Below are positions 16,701 to 26,634 of a stretch of DNA of 32,000 bases, one piece after another. The notes beneath the pieces are model-generated. The model saw nothing but the letters and a program-made list of their open reading frames with translations, was not told the DNA's origin and made no database searches. The position numbers were made by a program, and so were the translations under genes. Position 1 is the first letter of the stretch. Every line of letters begins with the position of its first letter. This DNA comes from Planctopirus limnophila DSM 3776 (lineage in GTDB: Bacteria > Planctomycetota > Planctomycetia > Planctomycetales > Planctomycetaceae): positions 3,210,001-3,242,000 of the forward strand of contig NC_014148.1 of the NCBI RefSeq assembly GCF_000092105.1, written 5' to 3'.

Positions 16701-19355
16701 TCAAGGCAGCTGAGACCGAACGGTCACAACTCCCGCGCGGTCAATCTCCACCACAATCGCCCCCTGCTTGGATGTAACCCAGATCTTCGAATCGACAAAT
16801 GTCTGCTCGAGGCCTGTCGTCACATCGCCGGGCCCCTGACTGGAGATCACATGCTGTGGTCGGGCCCAGTGGTTTAATGCAGCGACATTGCTGCGTTTTC
16901 CCCCATGATGCGGAGCGAGCAGCACATCGACCATGCCTGGTGGCGTCTCCAGCAAGTGGACAAGCCCCTCGCCTTCGAGATCGCCGGTCAGCAGAATCAC
17001 CCGGTTCTGGTAGGTAATTCTCGCCACCAGACTTTCCGAATTATCGGTCGTCTTTCGTGAAAGCAGCGTCTCCTCTTTCTTGAATAGAGGCCACAAAAAC
17101 TCGATCTCCACATCTTGAGACAGACAGAACTTCTGCCCACCTTGCACCAGTCGAATGACGCCCCCTTGCGAAGCCACAGCCGCCACAGCTTCACCAATCA
17201 CTCGCTGGTCAGGATCGGCCGCACTTTTCGGCATTCCCAGCCAGCGAATGGTCACATCGCGCGTCAATCGAGGAATGGCATTGGCGTGATCAGCATCGGC
17301 ATGAGAGATCGTCACAGCATCGAGCTGGATCGATCCGTAATGTCGAATGGCCTGGCCAATGACTCGTGCGGCCCGTCGATCCTGCCCTAAAGAACCCGCA
17401 TCATATAGCCACATTTTCTGGTCGGGAGTCTCGACCAGTACGGCCAATCCATGCCCCACCGACAGGAAAGTCAAACGCAAAGGCCGCTCCTGGGGCCAGT
17501 ATCCTACCGCCAGCCAGATCACTCCCAGGCCCAGCGTCAGCATGACCACGCGAACTCGATGCACCCGGAAGAGCAGCATGCCCGCCACGGCTGAGTAAAA
17601 GATCAAAGCATATTCCACTGGGAGTGGTGAAAGCACAAAATGACCGTATCTCCATCCAGCCGCCTGATCGACCACGTCGATCAGCCAATAGAGTGACCAG
17701 TCGAAAATCCCTCCCGAAGGGATCGCCAGCCACGGATGAATCATCCCCAGGAGCAACGTGATATAGCCACTCCAGAGAATAATGGGCACCAGCGGTGCCA
17801 GAGCGATATTTAGAATCAGACCGACAGGCGAGATCACTCCCGAGGTCGCGGCAATCAATGGTGTCGTCAGACACCAGATCACGAAGGTGGCAATCATCAA
17901 CTGCCAAAGGATTGCCAGCCACCTATGCCCCCGGATCGCTCGCCAGCCGGAAGCAGCCATGGCCCCTTCAGACTGACTTTGAATGACCTGTGGTTTTCCC
18001 ATTGTGCGTGCCACAATCAGCAGCGTGGCCACCGCCAGAAACGAAAGTTGAAAACCTAACTGCAACAAGTCGTGCGGGCTCAGAATCATCAAAGTCACCG
18101 CCGTCAGCCCCAGGACGTTCAAAGGTTCAACCACCCCTGCCCAGCGGCTGCCGAGAATCCAGGCACTTCCAAAGAAAGCCGCTCTTACAACAGGCGGATC
18201 ATTCTCGGCCAGCATCAGAAACAGCGCAATCGTTCCCAATCCACAGGCGGCCAATTTCCAGGGATGCCGGATAATCCCCTTGGAAAGGGTCATCATCAAT
18301 AAGACCACCAACCCCACATTCATGCCCGAAACGGCCAGAATATGGAGCAATCCGCTTCGTACAAACGATTCCCGCAGATCGGCATCCAGACGCTGGCGTC
18401 CACCCAGCAATATGCTGCTGGCCAGTTCGGGTGACGAACGTACAATCACCTGCTCAAGACTGCGTTCTCCCCGTTGACGGAGCCACGACATCCAGCGGCG
18501 CAGCCTCCAGCTGACCGGAATCCTGTCGCTGGTCTGTACGACCGCCTCAGGATGTTTGACTCTCACATGCCCGACGATCCCCTGAGCGTAAAGCCAGTCC
18601 GCGTAATTGAACTCCCCCGGATTCATTGGCGGTGCAGGACGACTTAACTTGCCATAGATCCGCAGGCGATCTCCCGGCTGAAAAATGCGCGTTTCACCTT
18701 CCACATCGACCTGTACATCTCCACTTACTTGGCGATGCTCAGGCCCTACAACAAGCCTCTCAACAGAGAACACGAATCGCGAAATCACGCGTTGACCGGC
18801 AGCTTCTCCATTCGCCACCCGATCTGATCCTGGCCCATCGTTCGTTGCTTCTGCAGGTGTAGAACCTGACGCCACCATCGCGACGGGCGAAGATTTCGCA
18901 AACGAAGAGTGCATGCGCTCAACCAGAACTGTCGAGCGACAAATCCCTTCAAGGCAAACACCTTGCGAACGCAAATCCGCCAGGCGGCTCAACGAATCCC
19001 GGCTCGTCCAGTTCCATGTCGCCTCGTGCCACAAGCCAGCCGCACTCGCGAGTGCCAGCAGCGCACCTGTGACGAAAAAGCCGGGCCCAAACCCAGACAG
19101 ATCACCTCCAAAGGCGACATGCTTCCGCTGAAGGCTTACTCGCCAGGCGATCAGACAAACGAGAACACCAAGAGCACCAGCAAAACAAACTCCGAGGCCG
19201 AAGATTTCCTGCAGCACGATCCCCGAGGCCATAGCTCCTGCCGCTGCCAAAGCAGGAACCCGGCCCCATAACACTGGTGGCCGACGCGATGAGGGCTCAT
19301 CCTCCGCAGGGTTCAATGATCTGGCCTGCTGTTCAATCACAAAATCTTCCTGCAC
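16701..19355 (-). CDS. comEC: DNA internalisation-related competence protein ComEC/Rec2 with a C-terminal metallo-beta-lactamase domain
   Basis: 884 aa with a GTG start at 19355. N-terminal TM/OB region, polytopic competence domain (LLHILAVSGMNVGLVVLL), and a C-terminal MBL domain with ISHADADHANAI (the HADxDH variant typical of ComEC). Confidence 0.85.
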   Translation of the reverse strand: MQEDFVIEQQARSLNPAEDEPSSRRPPVLWGRVPALAAAGAMASGIVLQEIFGLGVCFAGALGVLVCLIAWRVSLQRKHVAFGGDLSGFGPGFFVTGALLALASAAGLWHEATWNWTSRDSLSRLADLRSQGVCLEGICRSTVLVERMHSSFAKSSPVAMVASGSTPAEATNDGPGSDRVANGEAAGQRVISRFVFSVERLVVGPEHRQVSGDVQVDVEGETRIFQPGDRLRIYGKLSRPAPPMNPGEFNYADWLYAQGIVGHVRVKHPEAVVQTSDRIPVSWRLRRWMSWLRQRGERSLEQVIVRSSPELASSILLGGRQRLDADLRESFVRSGLLHILAVSGMNVGLVVLLMMTLSKGIIRHPWKLAACGLGTIALFLMLAENDPPVVRAAFFGSAWILGSRWAGVVEPLNVLGLTAVTLMILSPHDLLQLGFQLSFLAVATLLIVARTMGKPQVIQSQSEGAMAASGWRAIRGHRWLAILWQLMIATFVIWCLTTPLIAATSGVISPVGLILNIALAPLVPIILWSGYITLLLGMIHPWLAIPSGGIFDWSLYWLIDVVDQAAGWRYGHFVLSPLPVEYALIFYSAVAGMLLFRVHRVRVVMLTLGLGVIWLAVGYWPQERPLRLTFLSVGHGLAVLVETPDQKMWLYDAGSLGQDRRAARVIGQAIRHYGSIQLDAVTISHADADHANAIPRLTRDVTIRWLGMPKSAADPDQRVIGEAVAAVASQGGVIRLVQGGQKFCLSQDVEIEFLWPLFKKEETLLSRKTTDNSESLVARITYQNRVILLTGDLEGEGLVHLLETPPGMVDVLLAPHHGGKRSNVAALNHWARPQHVISSQGPGDVTTGLEQTFVDSKIWVTSKQGAIVVEIDRAGVVTVRSQLP

Positions 19356-19604
19356 TTACTGTACGACTCTGCCTATTCTGCTTGACTCAATGCCACTAAT
19401 ACAGGGGATGCCCTAGGCGTGTGAACATGACGGCTGAGCCAAGTTCCCTCACAATCCTGTAAGAATATATGTGCGTTCCGACTATACTCAGAGGAGTCTG
19501 GTCAAAGGAACATTTGTTCCGCAGAATCAGTTGCCCGGCCTCCAGAATGAAAATGATCGCTGTCAACACCTTATGCCACGACTACATCACATGATGGAGA
19601 GACC

Positions 19605-20942
19605 ATGCGTCTGGCGATGATCACTGCTGGTGGCGCAGGCATGTTCTGCGGCTCCTGCCTGCACGACAGCACCTGGGCCAAATCGATGCTGGCACGCGGG
19701 CACGAAGCCACGCTGATTCCCTGCTACACTCCACTCACTCTCGACGACGAACCGCCGACAACCTCTCGTATCTTCATCGGGGGTATTAATCTTTATCTCG
19801 AACAGAAGTATCCTTTAATCAGCAGGCTCCCGGGCTGGACACGCAAGTGGCTCGATCATCCACAGATTCTCTCGTTTGCCTCGCGTTTTTCTGTCAGTAA
19901 TGAGGCGAAAGAACTTGGAGAACTCGCTCTCTCGATGCTGCGTGGTGCCCATGGGCCACATACGAAGAGCTTTGAAGAACTCGCCAGCTTTATCGTTAAT
20001 GAGTATCGCCCGGACGCTGTTTTCTTCAGCAACGCCCTGATGAGCGGGCCGCTGGTTAATCTGCGGAGCCGCTTTCGCGGGCCGATCTTCTGCATGCTGC
20101 AAGGAGACGACATCTTCCTCGATGGCCTCCTCCCGGAGTATCGCGAACAAGCGATCGAGCAGATCACTGCCAATGCCAGCCTGTTTGATGGCTATATTAC
20201 CCAGAGCGATTACTACGCCCGGCACATGTCGAGCATGCTCAACCTCGATCTGCAGAAGTTCGCCCGGCTCCCCTTAGCCGTCGATACCTCACGCCTGATG
20301 GAAGATGTGCAACTCGACTCAACTTTACCTTCTCGCAGTCAGCGCCCTGTCATTGGATATTTTGCCCGGATCTGTCCTGAAAAAGGCCTCCATCAACTGA
20401 TTGAAGCAGGCCTGATTCTTGCCAAACGTGGGCTTGATTTCGAGATTCGTGCCGCCGGCTATCTGCCCCCTTCGCAGCGAGATTATCTTCAGGCAGTCCA
20501 GCATCGCGCCAATCCTCTGAAAGACCGCTTTCGATACGAAGGAAGCCCCCCTTCGATCCACGGAAAGAATGCCTTTCTCCGTGCGATCGATCTCTTTTCT
20601 GTTCCGACGACCTATCGTGAGCCCAAAGGGATTTTTCTACTCGAAGCTTGGGCTCATCGCCTGCCGGTCGTTCAACCGGCTCATGGCGCATTTCCTGAAA
20701 TCGTTCCTGCTGACGATTATTCGCAAGCGGGCGGGCTGCTTTTTTCGCCTGATAACCCTGTTGATCTCGCTGATCAGCTTGAACAACTTCTCCTCTCACC
20801 CGAAATGCGAATGCAAATGGGTGCTGCCGGTTTTGCGAAACTTCATCATCACCACGATCTGACAGCTCTCGGCCAGGCGACTGAAGAACTCCTCTCTGGC
20901 TGGTTGCTCAAACACCAGTCTGGACAAACTTCTGCCACTTAA
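19605..20942 (+). CDS. Glycosyltransferase, GT4 (GT-B, group 1) family
   Basis: 445 aa. The C-terminal half has the GT1/GT4 signature region YREPKGIFLLEAWAHRLPVVQPAHGAFPEIV (E-x7-E-like). GGAGAG lies 3 nt upstream of the ATG. Confidence 0.75.
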   Translation: MRLAMITAGGAGMFCGSCLHDSTWAKSMLARGHEATLIPCYTPLTLDDEPPTTSRIFIGGINLYLEQKYPLISRLPGWTRKWLDHPQILSFASRFSVSNEAKELGELALSMLRGAHGPHTKSFEELASFIVNEYRPDAVFFSNALMSGPLVNLRSRFRGPIFCMLQGDDIFLDGLLPEYREQAIEQITANASLFDGYITQSDYYARHMSSMLNLDLQKFARLPLAVDTSRLMEDVQLDSTLPSRSQRPVIGYFARICPEKGLHQLIEAGLILAKRGLDFEIRAAGYLPPSQRDYLQAVQHRANPLKDRFRYEGSPPSIHGKNAFLRAIDLFSVPTTYREPKGIFLLEAWAHRLPVVQPAHGAFPEIVPADDYSQAGGLLFSPDNPVDLADQLEQLLLSPEMRMQMGAAGFAKLHHHHDLTALGQATEELLSGWLLKHQSGQTSAT

Positions 20943-21115
20943 ACTTGAGGTTTCTATGCGAGAAATCAGCTCACACAGGCCGAATTCTGTTAGAAACCTG
21001 ACAAGATCCGGGTAATTCCATCAGGCACAGATTTCGCTTTCGTTTGCATTCGAGCGATTCAACAATCCGTGAATCCTGCAAAATCAGTGTTTGATCCATC
21101 AGAAAAGGTTTATCC

Positions 21116-21592
21116 ATGCATCCCACCAAGAACAACCTACCCGAACATGTCCGTTTTGCTATGGTCGAACTGCTCAACACACAACTGGCACTCTCGATCG
21201 ACCTCGCACTGCAGACCAAGCAGGCCCACTGGAATGTGAAGGGGCCGCATTTCATGCAGTTGCATCTCTTCTTCGATGGACTGCGCGATCTTGTAGATGG
21301 CTTTGTCGATGACATTGCTGAGCGGGCCGTGGCTTTAGGTGGTACCGCCTATGGGACAACTCAAAACGTCGCCAAAGCCACCACACTTCCCGAATATTCG
21401 ACGAGTATTACTTCGGGCAAGGATCATCTGCAGGCTCTGGTGACTGCCTTTGCCTACTTCGGCAAAGCAGCCCGAGCAGCCATCGAGACTGCGGATGAAG
21501 CGGGCGATGCCGATACGGCCGACCTTTTCACAGGCATCTCCCGTGAAACCGATAAGCAACTCTGGTTCCTCGAATCACATTTGATCGGGTAG
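21116..21592 (+). CDS. dps: Dps-family DNA-protection / mini-ferritin protein
   Basis: 158 aa. LNTQLALSIDLALQTKQAHWNVKGPHFMQLHLFFD and DDIAERAVALGG are classic Dps ferroxidase-site and helix motifs. Confidence 0.9.
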   Translation: MHPTKNNLPEHVRFAMVELLNTQLALSIDLALQTKQAHWNVKGPHFMQLHLFFDGLRDLVDGFVDDIAERAVALGGTAYGTTQNVAKATTLPEYSTSITSGKDHLQALVTAFAYFGKAARAAIETADEAGDADTADLFTGISRETDKQLWFLESHLIG

Positions 21593-21628
21593 TTGCAGTT
21601 GACCCGCAAGAACAAGATCAAAATCAAC

Positions 21629-21672
21629 AGCCGCATGACCAAACAATTGCTGGTCATGCTGCTGGCTTTTTT
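21629..21672 (+). terminator. Rho-independent terminator of dps
   Basis: GCATGACCA (21633..21641) and TGGTCATGC (21651..21659) form a 9-bp perfect stem with a 9-nt loop. It is extended by AGCC/GGCT and followed by TTTTTT (21667..21672). Confidence 0.75.
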
Positions 21673-21805
21673 ACTTCGTTTTTCGAGTGGAATTCTATAG
21701 ATTCGAGAAGATTTGGGTGGCCGCTCGCACCAGAACCATTGCCAGCATTTTCATCGTTACATTTGTCATGAATTTGACTACGAACAATTTCAGGCCCCAA
21801 GCGAA

Positions 21806-23029
21806 ATGATCCATCGTCAGACATCTTCCCGGAGAAGAGGCACACCGATTCACACGTCTTCGCGACTCGTTCTGGCTATCCTCAGTCTTGTCATGACTGA
21901 TCTAGTTGCCAGCGAGGTTTCTCTGGGTCCCCAAGCCTCATCAGACTCAGCATCAGTTGCCAGGACTCTCAGCGAAGCAGAACTCGATGCTCTGACCCGC
22001 GAGATTCATTTTTCGGGCATGCTTTTCGACGGACATAACGATCTCCCCTGGCAGATCCATAAACTTGCCAAAGGCTCTGTCGATCGGCTCGATCTCACGG
22101 TGCCGCAACCGTTGCTTCATACCGATTTCCCGAAACTGAAACAGTCAGGGTTAAAGGCACAGTTCTGGTCGGTCTATGTCCCCGCCGATACTTACCAGCA
22201 AGGCATATCTCTGACTCAAACTCTCGAACAGATCCAGATCGTCCGGAAGCTGGCCCAGAAGTATCCCGATCAACTCGAACTGGCCGACTCTTCAGCCGAT
22301 ATTGAACGGATTGTCGCGCAAGGGAAAATTGCCTCACTCATGGGAGCGGAAGGAGGCTATTCCATTCAATGCTCGATCCCCATTTTGCAGCAGCTTTATC
22401 GTGAGGGAGTTCGCTATATGACGTTAACCCATTCGAAAACGATCGAATGGGCCGATTCCGCCACTGATCAACCGCAACATGGTGGTCTGACTCCGTTTGG
22501 CGAAGAAGTCGTGCGCGAGATGAATCGACTGGGGATGCTCGTCGATCTTTCGCATGTTTCCGAAGAGACGATGCTCGATGCACTCGACATCACTACAGCC
22601 CCCGTGATCTTCTCGCATTCCTCTGCCAAAGCGATCTGCAATCACCCGCGCAATGTCTCCGATGTGGTCCTCAAACGCGTCACCGCCAATCGCGGCATCG
22701 TCATGGTCAATTTCATGTCTGGCTACATCGTGCCAACAGAAAGGCTCAAAGCCAATCCCAAAGATGTCGGTACTCTTGACGATGTCGTCGATCATATTGT
22801 CCACATTGCCAAAGTGGCCGGTGTCGAACATGTGGGGATCGGCAGCGATTTCGACGGAGTCCGCCAGCTTCCCCGGGGACTCGAAGATGTCTCAAAGTAT
22901 CCGGATCTGACAAAGGAACTCATTCGCCGAGGTTTCACCAAGCCCCAGATCCACGCCATCCTCGGCGGCAATATCTTGAGAGTCCTCAAAGAAGCGGAAC
23001 AAGTCGCGAAAAACTCGAAACAGCCATAA
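21806..23029 (+). CDS. Membrane/secreted dipeptidase, peptidase family M19
   Basis: The ORF opens at a TTG at 21713, but the ATG at 21806 gives MIHRQTSSRRRGTPIHTSSRLVLAILSLVMTDLVA (signal or anchor). It is followed by FDGHNDLPWQI, the hallmark M19 motif, and later DLSHVS, FSHSS and IGSDFDG. Confidence 0.88.
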   Translation: MIHRQTSSRRRGTPIHTSSRLVLAILSLVMTDLVASEVSLGPQASSDSASVARTLSEAELDALTREIHFSGMLFDGHNDLPWQIHKLAKGSVDRLDLTVPQPLLHTDFPKLKQSGLKAQFWSVYVPADTYQQGISLTQTLEQIQIVRKLAQKYPDQLELADSSADIERIVAQGKIASLMGAEGGYSIQCSIPILQQLYREGVRYMTLTHSKTIEWADSATDQPQHGGLTPFGEEVVREMNRLGMLVDLSHVSEETMLDALDITTAPVIFSHSSAKAICNHPRNVSDVVLKRVTANRGIVMVNFMSGYIVPTERLKANPKDVGTLDDVVDHIVHIAKVAGVEHVGIGSDFDGVRQLPRGLEDVSKYPDLTKELIRRGFTKPQIHAILGGNILRVLKEAEQVAKNSKQP

Positions 23030-23094
23030 GTTCAACTGCAGGCAAAAATAGCTATACTCAGGCTGCTCTGGGGGTAATGCTGGAAGATGTCACT

Positions 23095-23700
23095 TCAAGA
23101 ACCACAACCACAGCCTCCGCCACCTGTTCCACAACCTTTCGCTTCCTCTTTCGGGCGTGTTCCTGCGGCCTGAATGGGCTGAACTTCAATGATTCCTAAA
23201 CCAGCCGCCGCAGCCTGAAGGGCCAGTTTAGTACAGTCGGGGCCGCGGCCCGCCAGAACGTAGAGGATCCACTTTTCACCATCCAGAGTTTTCTCCAGAT
23301 CGACCAACTCCAGATCCAGATCCCAGCTCCGAATACGCATGATCCACGGCATGAACTCCTGGGCTGACAGCGATTCGAGCTCGCGGATTGTGACCTTGTC
23401 ATCTTCTGTGGGAAACCGCTGAACAGTGATCGCAGGCAGAGCTTCATGCGACATGAGTCGCCATGTTTTCGAAATATCTTCAAGCACCCGGCCCGTGAGT
23501 GGGCCGCGTGGTGTTTCAAGAATCACGACATCGCCCCGCTGGACAGTGAGACCTTCACTGACAACAGCTCGCTCCACTTCGGGCATGCGACCAGCCCGCA
23601 CCAGCACAATCTGGGCGGATGTTCCGGGCGACTCTGGAGTCGACACGGAATTTAATGCTGCTGCAGACGAGGCTTCGACGATAGATGACATATTAGTCAC
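23095..23700 (-). CDS. Short PSP1 C-terminal domain protein (RicT/YaaT-like) with a Gly/Cys-rich tail
   Basis: 201 aa. GTG start at 23700, with an alternative ATG at 23691. The layout parallels B. subtilis YaaT: VLVRAGRMPEVERAVVSEGLTVQRGDVVILETPRGPLTGRVL, then DLELVDLEKTLDGEKWILYVLAGRGPDCTKLALQAAAAGLGIIEVQPI. It ends KGCGTGGGGCGCGS (23098..23139). Confidence 0.55.
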   Translation of the reverse strand: MTNMSSIVEASSAAALNSVSTPESPGTSAQIVLVRAGRMPEVERAVVSEGLTVQRGDVVILETPRGPLTGRVLEDISKTWRLMSHEALPAITVQRFPTEDDKVTIRELESLSAQEFMPWIMRIRSWDLDLELVDLEKTLDGEKWILYVLAGRGPDCTKLALQAAAAGLGIIEVQPIQAAGTRPKEEAKGCGTGGGGCGCGS

Positions 23701-24040
23701 ACACTCAATTGAGAAATGGATTCAAATTCTTTTCTACCAGCCGATTTTCACCAAAGCCATCACTCCATCGTAGCCACTTATTATCGCAAAAATGACTCAT
23801 ATTCTCCATTAAGGCGAATCGCAGTCCGTGTGACCCTCTTTTCCAGCGACGCAAAAATGTTCCGCGAACTGACTCAGCAGGTTTGCCTCGCTCCCGCCAA
23901 TCGTCAATACTGCTGTAAGTCCAGTGTTCGTCAGTTGTTCCAGTAGCGATCGTTTCGACGACCACACCCTTTGTTCGACACGACGAGAGGACTGAAGCAG
24001 CGGATCTGCTGGGCGATCATCACGACAGACTTGAGGCGAC

Positions 24041-25282
24041 ATGCAACAACAGATTGAATCGATCGTTCTGCCCAATGGGCTGGCGATTGTTTCCGAAAGA
24101 ATGCCCGATACACGAGCCGCAGCGTTCTGCTGGCTGTTGCCCGGTGGCAGCGTTTACCAGCAGCCCGGTAAAGCGGGAACATCGACCATTCTGGCCGATC
24201 TTCTCTTCCGCGGTGCGGGCCAACGATCAGGCCGAGAACTTTTGGGCCAACTCAGTCTGCTGGGTGTGCAGAACGAAGAGTCAATCACTCCCGCTCATCT
24301 GGTCCTTTCGGGAGTGACGCAAGCCCGCAATCTGGTCGAGACCTTGCCCGTCTATGCCGATATTCTCCGCCGGCCGCACCTTCCCGAAGAAGAATTCGAC
24401 GCGGCCCGCTCCGGGCTTGAAATGACCCTCGCATCGAACGAAGACGACCCGCGCCAGAAGCTCACGCTGGAACTCCGCCGCCGGACGTATCCTGCGCCCT
24501 GGGGCATTCCTGCTGATGGAGAACTAGCCGACCTTCCCGCAATTGACATGGAAGATGTCCGCCAGTTGGCCAAGAGTTCTCTGCAGCCGCACCAGGCGAT
24601 CTTCAGTGTTGCCAGCTCATTGGCAATGAGCGACTTGCTCCCCACGCTCGAAAAGCTGCTGGGCGACTGGCAACCTGGCGAGATCACAGCACCACCACTT
24701 CCTCCGACCACAGGTGGTTACGAGCATTTAACGCATGAGTCCCAGCAGACACAGATCGGCATTGCCTACCCGGCTGCAGACTCTACTCACCCGGATTATC
24801 TCAAAGCGTGGGCGATTGTCAGTATTTTGAGCGGGGGGATGAGTTCGCGGTTATTTACCGAAGTTCGCGAGAAGCGAGGTCTCTGCTATTCGGTCAGTGC
24901 CAATCTGCATTCACTCAAAGGGGCCGCCCGGGTGATCTGCTCGGCCAGCAGTCAGAATGAGCGGGCTCAGGAAACACTCGATGTCCTCCTGATTGAGCTG
25001 CAGCGACTCAAGCTGGGTATTGCCGAGGAAGAACTGTCCCGGTGCAAGGCCCTCGCCAAGAGTTCACTTGTGATGGCACAAGATTCAACATCGTCCCGGG
25101 CTGCGTCGATTGCACGGGATTGGTATCAACTGGGTTATGTCCGCACTTTGCAAAGCCTCAAGCAGCAGATCGAAGATCTGACAGTTCCTGATCTTCTTGC
25201 CTATCTCGATCGCTGGCCATTGGCGAACCTGCAGATCCTGACGGTTGGCCCCCAACCGCTGGTTAACAACATGGCTCAATGA
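24041..25282 (+). CDS. M16-family (pitrilysin/insulinase-like) peptidase subunit, non-catalytic type
   Basis: 413 aa. M16 fold features: LPNGLAIV N-terminus and GGMSSRLFTEVREKRGLCYSV. The position of the HxxEH zinc motif reads STILADLLFRGAG, with no His or Glu. Confidence 0.8.
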   Translation: MQQQIESIVLPNGLAIVSERMPDTRAAAFCWLLPGGSVYQQPGKAGTSTILADLLFRGAGQRSGRELLGQLSLLGVQNEESITPAHLVLSGVTQARNLVETLPVYADILRRPHLPEEEFDAARSGLEMTLASNEDDPRQKLTLELRRRTYPAPWGIPADGELADLPAIDMEDVRQLAKSSLQPHQAIFSVASSLAMSDLLPTLEKLLGDWQPGEITAPPLPPTTGGYEHLTHESQQTQIGIAYPAADSTHPDYLKAWAIVSILSGGMSSRLFTEVREKRGLCYSVSANLHSLKGAARVICSASSQNERAQETLDVLLIELQRLKLGIAEEELSRCKALAKSSLVMAQDSTSSRAASIARDWYQLGYVRTLQSLKQQIEDLTVPDLLAYLDRWPLANLQILTVGPQPLVNNMAQ

Positions 25283-25364
25283 CAAGTTTCTAACGGATGG
25301 CGAACCACCCGGACTTCCCTTCAATCTGTGCCTGCACCCAAGTTTTGAATATAGACGTTTTTCT

Positions 25365-26621
25365 ATGGCTACGTTTAACCGGCAGAAGCCCATGCTCCAG
25401 CAAGCCAAACTTCCCAATGGTCTGACAATTCTGGGCGAGCATCGCCCCAGTGCCCAGAGTGTTGCCTTTGGCTTCTTTGTCCACACCGGTGCCCGCGACG
25501 AAAATCATGCCTGCGAAAGTGGTGTCAGCCACTTTCTCGAGCACATGGTCTTCAAAGGGACCGACAAGCTTCCCGCCGAGATGGTCAACCGACTCTTTGA
25601 CGATCTTGGCTGCAACTACAATGCCTCCACCGGTGAAGAAGTCACCACCTTCTATGCTGCCGTCCTGCCAGAATACTTCGAAACGGTCTTCCCGTTACAG
25701 GCGGCCATTCTCTACCCGAGCCTGCGCGAAGACGACTTTACCACTGAGAAACAGGTGATTCTGGAAGAAATCGCCGAGTATGCCGATCAACCGGTTTACG
25801 TCGCCTATGACCATGTCATGCAGCTTCATTTCCGCGAGCATCCCCTGGGTCAACCGATCCTTGGCACTCCGCAGAGCATTCAGTCTTTGACGGCTGAGCA
25901 GATGAAGACCTACCATCGCGAGCATTACCTCGCAGGGAACATCGCGCTCGTTGTTGCCGGGAATTTCGACTGGGATCAGGTTCTGGAATTGGCTTCGAAA
26001 GAGTGCGGTCACTGGCCCGCTGGGGAAACCGCACATCCATGTCGCTGTGCTGCTCCAGCAGCACAAACAGTCGTTATCGCAAAACCGGCTCTCCAGCAGC
26101 AGCACATCATGTCGATCTCTCCGGCACCGGATTCGTGCCATCGACTTCGATATGCCGCCGAGATGGTCTCGATTATTGTCGGAGACGATTCGAACAGCCG
26201 CCTCTATTGGGAACTGGTTGACCCGGGCTTAACAGATATCGCCGAGATTTCTTACAGCGACTATCAAGGCTGTGGTACGTGGCTCACGTATCTCTGCTGT
26301 GACCCGGAAGCTGCCGAAGACAACTGGCAGGCCGTTCGCAAAGTGCTCGATGAACTTAACACCAAATCATTCACTGTGGAGGAGATGGAGCAGGCGCGCA
26401 ATCTGCTGGCAACAAGGCTGGTTTCGCGCGGCGAGCAACCGATGCACCGCATGCTGGCCATTGGCCAGAACTGGCACTCCCGCATGGAATACCGTTCTCT
26501 CGACGATGAACTAGAGGCACTCGATCAGGTGACGATGGCTGATCTGCAGAATGTCATTCGCGAATTTCCACTCCGTTTGACATCCACAGTCTCTGTCGGT
26601 CCTAACACGGCTACACTTTAA
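25365..26621 (+). CDS. M16-family zinc peptidase, catalytic type (HxxEH present)
   Basis: The ATG at 25365 (MATFNRQKPMLQQAKLPNGLTIL) is preferred over the ORF-track start at 25245, which overlaps the upstream gene. HFLEH lies at 25530..25544 (verified), followed by MVFKGT. Confidence 0.85.
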   Translation: MATFNRQKPMLQQAKLPNGLTILGEHRPSAQSVAFGFFVHTGARDENHACESGVSHFLEHMVFKGTDKLPAEMVNRLFDDLGCNYNASTGEEVTTFYAAVLPEYFETVFPLQAAILYPSLREDDFTTEKQVILEEIAEYADQPVYVAYDHVMQLHFREHPLGQPILGTPQSIQSLTAEQMKTYHREHYLAGNIALVVAGNFDWDQVLELASKECGHWPAGETAHPCRCAAPAAQTVVIAKPALQQQHIMSISPAPDSCHRLRYAAEMVSIIVGDDSNSRLYWELVDPGLTDIAEISYSDYQGCGTWLTYLCCDPEAAEDNWQAVRKVLDELNTKSFTVEEMEQARNLLATRLVSRGEQPMHRMLAIGQNWHSRMEYRSLDDELEALDQVTMADLQNVIREFPLRLTSTVSVGPNTATL

Positions 26622-26626
26622 GGAGG
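26621..26626 (+). promoter_or_regulatory. Shine-Dalgarno AGGAGG for the isochorismatase-like gene, overlapping the stop codon of the M16 gene
   Basis: The sequence is TAAGGAGGccgcttccATG. The stop TAA is at 26619..26621, AGGAGG at 26621..26626, and the ATG at 26635 (8-nt spacer). Confidence 0.65.
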
Positions 26627-26634
26627 CCGCTTCC

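Noticed and set aside
19507-19520. A perfect 6-2-6 palindrome, GGAACATTTGTTCC, in the comEC/GT4 divergent region.
   Set aside because: Palindromes of this size are expected several times by chance in 32 kb (about 1/4096 per position). It has no second copy or recognisable operator family.
21713-21805. A TTG-initiated 31-codon extension of the dipeptidase ORF.
   Set aside because: The His/Cys-rich extension has no signal-peptide character. The ATG at 21806 is followed by a basic n-region and a hydrophobic h-region, as expected for a secreted M19 enzyme.
23705-23965. An 86-aa minus-strand ORF ending 5 nt before the PSP1-like start, as a possible upstream operon partner.
   Set aside because: It is Trp/Arg-rich with no motif. 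It is one of three mutually overlapping minus-strand ORFs in a divergent promoter region, and has no SD.
25245-25364. A longer start for the second M16 gene, overlapping the first M16 gene by 38 nt.
   Set aside because: The extra 40 residues (MAPNRWLTTWLNDKF...) are not M16-like. The ATG at 25365 gives the standard M16 N-terminus ...LPNGLTIL.
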